Assembly (NCBI GenBank): GCA_020725555.1
Contig: DYEU01000018.1
Coordinates: 79,113 to 143,112, forward strand
DNA from: Desulfatibacillum sp.
GTDB lineage: Bacteria; Desulfobacterota; Desulfobacteria; Desulfobacterales; SpSt-501
Reading direction: 5' to 3'
Length of the DNA stretch: 64,000 nt
Part shown: positions 46,281-54,960 of the stretch, one piece after another
How positions within the stretch are numbered: the stretch's first letter is position 1
How the letters are laid out: every line of letters begins with the position of its first letter
Position numbers and translations under genes: made by a program
The notes under the pieces: model-generated
The model's database searches: none
The model's input: the letters and a program-made list of their open reading frames with translations, nothing else
Told to the model about the DNA's origin: nothing

Positions 46281-47419
46281 GAGGGGCTCTCCACGCGCAT
46301 CCCGTCGGCCAGGGCGGACGGCGGCTCGACCACGTAACGTTCGCCCTCGGAAAGCCCTGCGAGCACGGCCGCCCGGTCCCCCCCGAGAGGCGCGGTGCGC
46401 ACGAGCCGGAAGCGGGCGATCCCGCTGTCGTCGAGCACGAAGAGGCCGGTCAGCTGCCCGCGGCGCAACAGGGCGGTGAGCGGAACGGCGATCTGCGGCG
46501 CCGCGCCCAGGGGGACGGCGACCCGCACGTAGGCGCCGGGGCGAAGCGCCGCCTCCCGCGGCAGCCGGATCTTGAGCAGCACCGTGCGGCTTGCCGGGTC
46601 GGCGGCGGGGGAGGCACGCTCGATCACGCCGCGATGGCTCGCCTCCCCCGCCTCCACGCGCACGGCCGCGCCGGGCACGGCGGCGTAGGCGGCCGCCTCG
46701 GGGAGGTGCACCGCGACGAGAAGGCCGCCTTCCATCTCCAGCCGCAACAGCGGCCTTCCGGGCGCGGCGAGCTCCCCGGGCTCGACGAGCCGCGCGGCGA
46801 CGAGGCCGTCGTAGGGGGCCGTGAGGCGCGCGTCGGCCGAGGCGGCGCGGGCCAGCGCGAGCGCCGCCTCGGCCCTCCGGACGCCGTCCGCCGCGGCCGC
46901 GGCGACCTCATCGGCCCGGCGCCGCTCGGCCTCGGCCTGGAGCCGGCGGGCCTCGACCTCTTCGTATTCCTGGCGGCTCGTCGCCTCCTTGGCCCACAGG
47001 TCCCGGTAGCGCCTCCAGGTCGCCTCGGCGAGGGCGGCCGCGCTGGCCGCGGCGTCCCGGCCGGCGCGGGCCGCGGCCTCGGCCCGGCGGACCTCGGCCA
47101 GCGCCGCCTCGGCCTCGCGCGCGCGGGCGTCGGCCTGGCGCGGGTCGACGAGCACGAGGAGATCGCCCCGCCGCACGCGGTCCCCCTCGCGCACCCGGAC
47201 CTCGGTCACGGTGCCGAGCGTTTTCGCCGCGATCAGGCCGGAGACCTCGGACTGCACGGTCCCGGCCGCCTCGAATTCCACCGGCTCCGGCGCGGCCCGG
47301 GCCGTTTCGACCGCGGCGCGGATCACCGCCGCCTGCCCCTCGACCCGGCCGGGCTCGATGCGCTCGCCGCAGCCGGCGAGCCAAAGCGCAGCACCGATGA
47401 ACGCCCAGAGCATGCTCAT
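46277..47419 (-). CDS. RND efflux periplasmic adaptor (membrane fusion) subunit
   Basis: Lipobox-like LAGC, Ala/Glu/Arg-rich coiled-coil hairpin, barrel-sandwich blocks. Confidence 0.85.
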
Positions 47420-48831
47420 CGCCCCTCCCCGGGGGGGGACGTCCCGCCCCCCTCGCCTTCTTCCGCCGCGGCCGAAAGCACCCCCGCCGCCCGCTCGAGC
47501 TCGGCGCGGCCGAGCACGAGGTCGTGGCGCGCCTGCAGGAGCAGCCGCCGGGCCTCCTGGAGCGCCGCCCCGGCCGAGAGGAGATCGGCCATGGTCACGA
47601 GACCGGCGGCGTAGCGCTCGGAGACGATCCGCAGCGCCTCCTCGGCCTCCGCGACCGCCGCCGCGGCGACCCCCTCGCGCCGCGCGGCGCTGCCGAAGGC
47701 GTTGTGGGCGCGGCGGACCTCGAGCGCCGCCCGGTCCTCGACCCGCCGTCTCTCGGCCTGGGCCTGCCGCAGGCGGGCCAGGGCCTCGCCCACGGCGGAA
47801 GAGACGGCCAGCCCGGCGAAGAGCGGCAGGCGCACGACGGCGCCCACGGCGTAATGCTCGCCGGCGCTCTCGAAGTCCTCCGAATGGAGCTGCACGTCGC
47901 CCACGAGGTCAAGCCGCGGCAGATGCCCCGCGCGGGCGCGCTCCGTCCGCTCCCGCGCCATCTCCTCCGCAAGCGCCGCCTCCTGGAGATCCGGCCGCTG
48001 CGCGGCGGCGCGGGCGAGCCAGGCGTCGACGGGGTCCGCGTCCCGGATACCGGGCGCGGCGGAGAGCTGCGCCAGGGAATCGGCCGGTTCCCGCGGGATC
48101 TCCCGCCGCCGGCCCATGGCCGTGGCGAGGGCCGCGCGCGCGGTTTCGAGCCGGCTTGCGGCGTCGAGCCGCTGCTGCTCGAGCTCGGCTACCCGGACGC
48201 GCGCGCGCAGGAGGTCCGACTTGACGGAAAGGCCGGCCGCGTGGCGCTCCTCGGCCAGGCGCGCGTGGGCGCGCGCCGCGGAGAGCGCGGCCTCGACGAC
48301 GCCGAGATGGTCGCGGGCGAGGAGCCAGCCGGCGTAGGCGGCGGTCACCTCGGCGATCACCGCCTGGCGCGTGCGCTCGAGGGCGAGATCGGCCGCCCGG
48401 CGGCCGAGACGCGCCTCCTGCCAGCCGTGCCACGTCCGGCCGCCGTCGTAGAGCGTCCAGGCGGCGCTCAGGGAGGCCCCGAAATCGGAACGTGCGTTCG
48501 GCCGGTTGAGGCGGTCGATGTCGAAGTCCTCGGCCGAGAAGCGCTCCTGGTCGAGCTTGCTCGCGAAGACCTCGGGGGGGTGGGTGGTGCGGCGGAAGGA
48601 TCCGCTCGCATCCAGCCGCGGGAGAAACCCGGCACGCTCGCGCACGACCCCCTCCGCGGCGGCCTCGGCCCCCGCCTGCGAGGCCGCGAGCGCCGGGTGC
48701 TCGCGCAGGGCGATCGCGACCGCGCGGGAAAGCGAAAGCGGCGTCATCCCGCCCGCCTCCGCCGGAACGTCGAACCAATGAAGGCAGACCGCGAAAAGCC
48801 ATACGATCAGCAAGACGTTGTTCCTCTCCAT
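47416..48831 (-). CDS. TolC-family outer membrane efflux protein
   Basis: From Met39 of ORF 47416..48945 (MERNNVLLIVWLFAVCL... signal). Repeated TolC-type coiled segments. 4-nt overlap with the adaptor gene. Confidence 0.8.
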   Translation of the reverse strand: MERNNVLLIVWLFAVCLHWFDVPAEAGGMTPLSLSRAVAIALREHPALAASQAGAEAAAEGVVRERAGFLPRLDASGSFRRTTHPPEVFASKLDQERFSAEDFDIDRLNRPNARSDFGASLSAAWTLYDGGRTWHGWQEARLGRRAADLALERTRQAVIAEVTAAYAGWLLARDHLGVVEAALSAARAHARLAEERHAAGLSVKSDLLRARVRVAELEQQRLDAASRLETARAALATAMGRRREIPREPADSLAQLSAAPGIRDADPVDAWLARAAAQRPDLQEAALAEEMARERTERARAGHLPRLDLVGDVQLHSEDFESAGEHYAVGAVVRLPLFAGLAVSSAVGEALARLRQAQAERRRVEDRAALEVRRAHNAFGSAARREGVAAAAVAEAEEALRIVSERYAAGLVTMADLLSAGAALQEARRLLLQARHDLVLGRAELERAAGVLSAAAEEGEGGGTSPPGEGR

Positions 48832-49028
48832 GGCGCATCCTCTGGCGGAGCGTCGGCCCATCCCATACCCGATCGTCTGGCCGCAATCAATCCGCCGGAA
48901 CGGCGACGCCGCCCCCTCACCCGGCGTTTGCCAATTCGGCGGCAATCGCCTATGGAAAGGCTCACCGGCCGCCGGGGGTCGTCCCCCGGCTGTGCGGAAG
49001 AGTTCCTGGATCCGGGGGTGAGGTTCTC

Positions 49029-49457
49029 ATGGAAAAACCGCCGTTCGATTTCTTCCGGGATCATGCGGACGTGTTTCTGGAGATGGCCTTCCGCGCCGAT
49101 CGGCTGGAGCCCCTGGAACACCCCGACGCGGAGGGCCAAAACCGCGGACGCTGCGGCGACACGGCGACGGTCTGGCTCAAGACCGAGGGGGAGCGGATCG
49201 TTCAGGTCGCGCTGCGCGTGGAGGGCTGCCTGCACACGGTCGCCTGCGCCAACGCCGTGGCCGAGCTCGTGGAGGGGAAACCGGTCGCCGAGGCCTGGGA
49301 GCTCACCCCCGAGCGGGTGATCGCCTTTCTCGAGACCCTCCCGCCCGACCATCACCACTGCGCGGAGCTCGCCGTGGGGGCGCTGCACCGTGCGCTCGCC
49401 GATCTCCAGGCCCGCCGGCGGGAGCCCTGGAAAACCCCCTACCGCAAGACCGGATGA
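49029..49457 (+). CDS. NifU/IscU N-terminal-domain-like Fe-S scaffold protein
   Basis: 142 aa with scaffold Cys pattern RCGD...GCLHTVAC...HHCAELA. Confidence 0.7.
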   Translation: MEKPPFDFFRDHADVFLEMAFRADRLEPLEHPDAEGQNRGRCGDTATVWLKTEGERIVQVALRVEGCLHTVACANAVAELVEGKPVAEAWELTPERVIAFLETLPPDHHHCAELAVGALHRALADLQARRREPWKTPYRKTG

Positions 49458-49476
49458 GGCCGCGGCGCCTCCCGCG

Positions 49477-50766
49477 TCAATCGGGAAGCGAGGCGGCGTA
49501 GAGTTCGACGGGGTGGCGGACGGCGATCGCGTCGCCCGCCTGCGAGAGCATGTCGGAAATCTGGAGCATGCAGGCCGGGCAGCCGGTCGCCACCACCTCG
49601 CAGCCGGTCGCGGCGATGCGCGCGCGCTTGAGCCGGCCGATCGCCTTCGACAGCTCGTAGTGCGCGAGGTTGAAGCTTCCGCCCATGCCACAGCAGTCGT
49701 CGGACCCCTCCATCTCCCTCAAGGCCCAACCGCCCGCGGCACGGATCAGCTCCCGCGGCTCGGCGAAGACGCCCAGCGATTTCTTGAGGTGGCAGGGATC
49801 GTGCACGGTGACGACCCGGCCTTCCCGGCCTGCACCGGGCGCCCCCGCGACCCCCAGGCGCCGCACGAGAAACTGCGAGATGTCCATCGTCTTCTCCGCG
49901 AGCGCGCGGGCGCGCGCGGCGACGGGCCCCTCGCAAAGCGCGGGCCAGAGTTTTTTCAGCGTCGCGGTGCAGGTCGCGCAACAGGTGACCAGCACATCGA
50001 AGCGGCCGGGGTCGAACAGATCCAGGTGCCACGCGACCAACCGCCGGAAGGTCGCGAGATCCCCGCCGGAGAGGGCCGGGATGCCGCAGCACCCCTGCCC
50101 CGGGGGGACGAAAACGCCCGCGCCGCGGTGGTCGAGCACGCGCAGGGCGGCTTCGGCCACGGAAGGGAAGATCTTGTCGATCAGGCAGCCGGTGAACAGG
50201 GCGACCCGCGGCCCCCCCTCGCGCGGGGGCGTCTCCCGCGAGGGGCAGCGGCGGTGAAAGGGCTCGGCGGCGAGCGGCCGGAAGTGTCTTCCTGCGAGAA
50301 CCGGCGCCGGGATGCGGCCGCAGGAGGTGCCCACCGTCTCGTTCACCGGCCGGGCGAGGAGTCTCTGGAAGACGGCCGCAAACGCGACGGCGCGGTCCAG
50401 GACCCGGGGATGCGCGAGCAGGCGGCGGAAGATCGCCTTTTTGGCGGGCGAAAGCCCGAGGTAACCCGCGAGAATCGCCCGGGCTTTCAAAAAGATGCCG
50501 AGCGCGTTCACCCCGCTCGGGCATTGGGCGGCGCAGCTGCCGCAGAGGAGACAGCGCTCCAGCCTGGCGCGCACGCCCTCGGGGTCCTCGAGCATCGCCT
50601 GGAGAAGGCCGTCGAGCAAGGCGAGCTTGCCGCGGGCGACGTCGGCCTCGCGGCCGGTCTGGCCGAAGACGGGGCAGACGGCCTGGCACATGCCGCAGCG
50701 CATGCAGACCACGAGTTCCTCTTCCAGCCCCCGCAACAGGCCGCGCAGCGTCGCCAGGTCCGCCAT
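49477..50766 (-). CDS. (Fe-S)-binding CCG-domain oxidoreductase (GlcF/HdrD-like partner of the FAD oxidase)
   Basis: CMRCGMCQAVCP and CLLCGSCAAQCP ferredoxin motifs plus two CCG motifs (GCCGIPA, DCCGMGG). Confidence 0.85.
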   Translation of the reverse strand: MADLATLRGLLRGLEEELVVCMRCGMCQAVCPVFGQTGREADVARGKLALLDGLLQAMLEDPEGVRARLERCLLCGSCAAQCPSGVNALGIFLKARAILAGYLGLSPAKKAIFRRLLAHPRVLDRAVAFAAVFQRLLARPVNETVGTSCGRIPAPVLAGRHFRPLAAEPFHRRCPSRETPPREGGPRVALFTGCLIDKIFPSVAEAALRVLDHRGAGVFVPPGQGCCGIPALSGGDLATFRRLVAWHLDLFDPGRFDVLVTCCATCTATLKKLWPALCEGPVAARARALAEKTMDISQFLVRRLGVAGAPGAGREGRVVTVHDPCHLKKSLGVFAEPRELIRAAGGWALREMEGSDDCCGMGGSFNLAHYELSKAIGRLKRARIAATGCEVVATGCPACMLQISDMLSQAGDAIAVRHPVELYAASLPD

Positions 50767-50803
50767 GGTCTCGGGTTCCTCCCGCTCGAGGGGCCGGCCG
50801 CGC

Positions 50804-52192
50804 TCAGGCCGGGGCCGGGATGATCTTTCCCGGGTTGAGGATGTTTCCGGGGTCGAGCGCCTTCTTGATGCGCTGCGAATAGAGAATCGTGGCCGCGGTT
50901 GTCTCGCGGTCGAGGAAGCAGGCCTTGGCGATCCCCGTGCCGTGCTCCCCGGAGAGGGTCCCCCCCAGGGCCAGCGCGCGGTCGAAGATCGCGGCGATCG
51001 CCCGCTCCACGCGCGCCCACTCTTCCCGGTCGCGCTTGTCCGTCAGGATGGTGGGGTGGAGGTTCCCGTCGCCCGCATGGCCGAAGGTGCCGATCGCGAG
51101 GCGGAATTCCCGCGCGATCTCGTCGATCGCCCGCACCATGTCGGGGATGCGGCTGCGGGGGACGGTTGCGTCCTCGAGGACCAGGGTCGGTTTCAGCTTG
51201 GCGAGCGCGGAGAGCGCGCTGCGGCGGGCTTCCCAGACCTTGTTGCGCTCGGCGGCGCCGCGCGCGACGCGCAGGGATGCGGCTCCGTGCCGGCGGCAGA
51301 GTTCCTCCACGCGCGAGGCGTCCTCGGCCACCTGGGCGGGGTGACCGTCCACCTCGATCAGCAGCAGGGCCGCCGCCTCGACCGGGAGGCCCGCGCGGCT
51401 GTACTCCTCGACGGCGCGGATCGTGAATTGGTCCATGAACTCGAGGGTCGCCGGGACGATGCGCGCGGCGATGATCGCGGCGACCGTCTCCGAGGCGGCC
51501 TCCGGCCGGTCGAAGACCGCCATCATCGCCTGCTGCGCGGCCGGCAACGGGATCAGCTTGAGGGTGATGCGGTGGAAGACCCCCAGGGTGCCCTCCGAGC
51601 CCACCAGCAGGCCGGCCAGGTTGTAGCCGGTCGCGCATTTCACGGTGCGCGAGCCGGTCTTGATCGTCTCGCCGCGGGCGTCGAAGAATTCGAGCCCCAT
51701 GACGTAGTCGCGCGTGACCCCGTACTTCAGCCCTCGGAGGCCGCCCGCGTTCTCGGCGACGTTGCCGCCGAGCGTGGACACGGCCTGGCTGCCCGGGTCC
51801 GGCGGGTAAAAGAGGCCGCGCGCCTGGACGGCGGCGGCGAATTTCGCCGTGACCACGCCGGGCTCGACCACGGCGTAGAGGTCTTCCTCGTTCAGCTCGA
51901 GGATGCGGTTGAGGCCGTTGGTCACGACCACCACCCCGCCGGGCAGGGGAACGGTGCCGCCGCTCAGGTTGGTCCCCGCCCCCCGCACCGTGAGGGGAAT
52001 CCCGTTTTCGCCGCACAGGCGCACCGCGGCGGCGAGCGCCTCCCCCGAGGTCGGCCGCACCACGAGGCCGGGCATCACCTGCTCGAGGGGGGCGGCGTCG
52101 TAGGCGTAGGTCAGCCGGTCGGCCTCGGCGGCAAAGACGGCGTCTTTTCCGAACACGGCTTCGAATTCACGGATCAGGGCTCCGCGGATCAT
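50804..52192 (-). CDS. FAD-binding oxidase (GlcD / D-lactate dehydrogenase family)
   Basis: From Met34 of ORF 50804..52291: MIRGALIREFEAVFG...; RGAGTNLSGG FAD-PCMH motif; C-terminal GTLSGEHGTG and LNPGKI. Confidence 0.88.
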   Translation of the reverse strand: MIRGALIREFEAVFGKDAVFAAEADRLTYAYDAAPLEQVMPGLVVRPTSGEALAAAVRLCGENGIPLTVRGAGTNLSGGTVPLPGGVVVVTNGLNRILELNEEDLYAVVEPGVVTAKFAAAVQARGLFYPPDPGSQAVSTLGGNVAENAGGLRGLKYGVTRDYVMGLEFFDARGETIKTGSRTVKCATGYNLAGLLVGSEGTLGVFHRITLKLIPLPAAQQAMMAVFDRPEAASETVAAIIAARIVPATLEFMDQFTIRAVEEYSRAGLPVEAAALLLIEVDGHPAQVAEDASRVEELCRRHGAASLRVARGAAERNKVWEARRSALSALAKLKPTLVLEDATVPRSRIPDMVRAIDEIAREFRLAIGTFGHAGDGNLHPTILTDKRDREEWARVERAIAAIFDRALALGGTLSGEHGTGIAKACFLDRETTAATILYSQRIKKALDPGNILNPGKIIPAPA

Positions 52193-52250
52193 CGTTGCGG
52201 TCCTTTCCCCCCTGCGGCCGCCGGCCGCACCGCCGGCCGCAGGCATCCCC

Positions 52251-53063
52251 TCAGAGGGGATGGTCGAAGGTGACATGCACGCTCTCGGCACCCGCGAGCG
52301 TGGCGAGCGCCTGCACCTTCTCCACGAGTTTCGGCTTCTCCAGAAGCAGGGTGTGGAGGGAGAAGCCGGTGATGAGGTGCACGCGGGCCGCGCCCCGCTC
52401 CACCGTGACCGTGAAGCGCGGAAACTCCTCGATCAGGTAGGATTCCACCTGGGCTTCGAGAACGCGGTCGTTCAGCAGCCGCTTGGCCTCGGGCGTCATC
52501 CGAAAGGACGGCAAGGCGGCCGCCTCGGCGAGAAGCCGCGCGGCGTCCTCGACCGTCAGGGTCCCGATGTGCAAGAGCACATCGTACAGCCCGGGGTCGG
52601 CCGGGTCCATCCCGTAGAGGCTGAGCGCCCAGCGGCGCCGCTCCTCGTCGTCGCGGAGCACCCGCTCGCGGGCTTTTTCCGCGGTCGACCCCGATTGTTC
52701 CATTTCCTCGCGGATGCGCTCCTCGAGGTCGGCGAAGACCCGGGCCTTCAGGACAGCCGGGATGCCGCGCAGGAAAAAATGGCCGGCGTAGCCGTGGTAG
52801 ACCACGTTGTCCTTCTGCACCTCGCGCAGGAGCGCGGTGCGGATGAAGGCGATGTACTTGCGGCGATCCCGGCCGAGCCGCTCGAGCAGCGAGGGCGCCT
52901 CCTCGATCGCCCGCGTCAGGCGCAGCTCCGGGATGTCGAAGATCTTCGAGGCCTCGAGCAGCACCTCGCGCGAAATGCAGGCGCAGCCCAGCCGGGCCGC
53001 CGCCCGCTCGGCCACCTCGCTGCCGCGCCGGTAGCAGCCGCGGGACACGATGACGATGGCCAT
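52251..53063 (-). CDS. cytidylate-kinase-like family protein
   Basis: From Met109 of ORF 52251..53387 after GGAAGGAGG: MAIVIVSRGCYRRGSEVAERAA...DVLLHIGTLTVEDAARLL. The P-loop looks degenerate. Confidence 0.6.
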   Translation of the reverse strand: MAIVIVSRGCYRRGSEVAERAAARLGCACISREVLLEASKIFDIPELRLTRAIEEAPSLLERLGRDRRKYIAFIRTALLREVQKDNVVYHGYAGHFFLRGIPAVLKARVFADLEERIREEMEQSGSTAEKARERVLRDDEERRRWALSLYGMDPADPGLYDVLLHIGTLTVEDAARLLAEAAALPSFRMTPEAKRLLNDRVLEAQVESYLIEEFPRFTVTVERGAARVHLITGFSLHTLLLEKPKLVEKVQALATLAGAESVHVTFDHPL

Positions 53064-53281
53064 CTCGCCTCCTTCCCGGCGGAGGAGCGCCGCCGGCGGC
53101 GCCCCGTTCCCCCTCGCTTCGGATTCCCCTTTGCTTATATTCGGAAGCGCGGCGTTTGGGAAGCCCCGGGGTTCGATCGGGGCTTTAGCCGCGGCACGGG
53201 GAAGCGTTGTAACCTCGCGCCCCACTCCGGGATCATCAGCAGCCGGGTGTACGGTCCGATCCGGGCCCGAGGGAGGTCCCC

Positions 53282-53479
53282 ATGCCGATCTACGAGTACG
53301 AGTGCCGCCGTTGCGGCGGTGATTTCGAAAAGCTCCTCTTCCCCTCGGAGAGCGAAGAGGAGGTGGCCTGCCCCTGCTGCGGCGCAAAAGACGTCCGCCG
53401 GCGCATCAGTTGCGCAAGCACCCTCACGGGCGGCGGCAAAAGCCTCTGCGGCGGCTCCGGAGCCACGCGCTTTTCCTGA
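53282..53479 (+). CDS. FmdB-family zinc-ribbon protein
   Basis: MPIYEYECRRCG...CPCCG, the classic CxxC-CxxC_SSSS signature. Confidence 0.85.
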   Translation: MPIYEYECRRCGGDFEKLLFPSESEEEVACPCCGAKDVRRRISCASTLTGGGKSLCGGSGATRFS

Positions 53480-53850
53480 GCCCGCTGAATCCTCCCCGGC
53501 GGTCGGCCGGGGGCGAATCGTTGCCAACACCGCGGGGCGCACCGCCCCCGAAGCAGCGCACGGGGCAACGGGCCTGGGGTTCCCCCCTCCACGCCGCACC
53601 CCGACCCGACGGTGCAAGGCCGGGCCGTGACACCCCGGGTGTGCGGTTCCTGCAACCGTGGCCGAAGCGGCACACCGCCCCCGGGGTGCGGCCGTTTCAG
53701 GCCGCGTTGAGAGGGGGAAGGGGTGCGCCCGATCGATCGCCCGACCGGCCCGGCGCGTCGGGCCCGGATCCGGGGGACCCGGTGCGCGCTGCACCCCCGG
53801 GGAAAGCCGCCCTCGGCCCCCTCCCCCCGTGACGACAGGAGGCTTATTCC

Positions 53851-54894
53851 ATGTGGCCGCTGCTGCTGACGCTAAACAAGAATCTCTTCACCGCCATCCC
53901 CGCCATGCTGCTGTTGGGGTTCGGCTGCGGGGTCCTCTGCGACCCCGGCCCGCTCAGGCAGGCGATCGTGCCGCTTACGTTCCTGATGGTCTACCCGATG
54001 ATGGTGACCCTGAAGGTGCGCAAGCTGTTCCAGCGCGGCGGCGGCAAGGCCCAGTGGCTCGCGCAGGCCGTCAACTTCGGGTTCATTCCGTTCGCCGCAC
54101 TGGGGATCGGGCGGCTTTTCTTCCCGGAGGAGCCCTACCTGGCCCTCGGCCTTTTGCTGGCGGGCCTGGTGCCCACCAGCGGCATGACGATTTCCTGGAC
54201 CGGTTTCGCCCGCGGCGACGTGGAAGCCGCGGTCAAGATGACGGTCATCGGCCTGATCCTCGGCTCGCTGGCGACGCCCGTGTACCTCAAGCTCCTGATG
54301 GGCGCCGACATCGACATGGACCTGCGGCTGGTGGTTCGCCAGATTCTGCTGATCGTTTTCGTGCCCATGGCCGCCGGTCATCTGACCCAGAGCCTGCTGC
54401 TGCGCCGGTACGGCCGGGAGGCCTTTCAACAACGGCTGGCGCCGCGCTTTCCGGCGCTGTCGACGCTGGGGGTGCTGGGCATCGTCTTCGTCGCCATGGC
54501 CCTGAAGGCCCGCTCCATCCTGCAATCACCGGAAATCCTGCTCTCCCTGTTTGCGCCGCTTCTGGTCCTCTATGCGCTGAATTTCGCGCTCAGCACCTGG
54601 ATCGGGAAACGCCTGCTGCCGCGCGGGGAGGCCATCGCCCTCGTCTACGGGACCGTGATGCGCAACCTGTCGATCGCCCTGGCGCTGGCCATCAACGCCT
54701 TTGGCCCGCAGGGCGCAGCCGCCGCGCTGGTCGTGGCGCTCGCGTATGTCGTGCAGGTGCAGGCGGCGGCCTGGTACGTGAGGTACACCGACCGCATCTT
54801 CGGCACGGCGGAGACCTTCCCGGCCGGGTCCGCGTTGCCGGCCGCGGTCGAAACGGCGGTTGCCGGGGCCGCCGAGGAGGGGAAGGCCCCCTGA
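53851..54894 (+). CDS. ACR3 / bile-acid:Na+ symporter (SBF-like) family transporter
   Basis: 347-aa polytopic protein; LMVYPMMVTLKV...NFGFIPF...GLLLAGLVPTSGMTISWTGFARGD resembles ACR3/BASS core repeats. AGGAGG RBS. Confidence 0.7.
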   Translation: MWPLLLTLNKNLFTAIPAMLLLGFGCGVLCDPGPLRQAIVPLTFLMVYPMMVTLKVRKLFQRGGGKAQWLAQAVNFGFIPFAALGIGRLFFPEEPYLALGLLLAGLVPTSGMTISWTGFARGDVEAAVKMTVIGLILGSLATPVYLKLLMGADIDMDLRLVVRQILLIVFVPMAAGHLTQSLLLRRYGREAFQQRLAPRFPALSTLGVLGIVFVAMALKARSILQSPEILLSLFAPLLVLYALNFALSTWIGKRLLPRGEAIALVYGTVMRNLSIALALAINAFGPQGAAAALVVALAYVVQVQAAAWYVRYTDRIFGTAETFPAGSALPAAVETAVAGAAEEGKAP

Positions 54895-54960
54895 GGCCCG
54901 AATTCTTTTGGCCCGGTTTCGGCCCTTTCGGCCGGCCTGCAAAGGAGGGACGACCGCGAC

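Noticed and set aside
53480-53850. Cobalamin or Moco riboswitch upstream of the transporter/RACo pair
   Set aside because: I could not find the B12 box (GCCACUG-type) or the conserved Moco core. Only loose GGGAA/GGUG similarity is present. It is kept only as an unclassified long leader.
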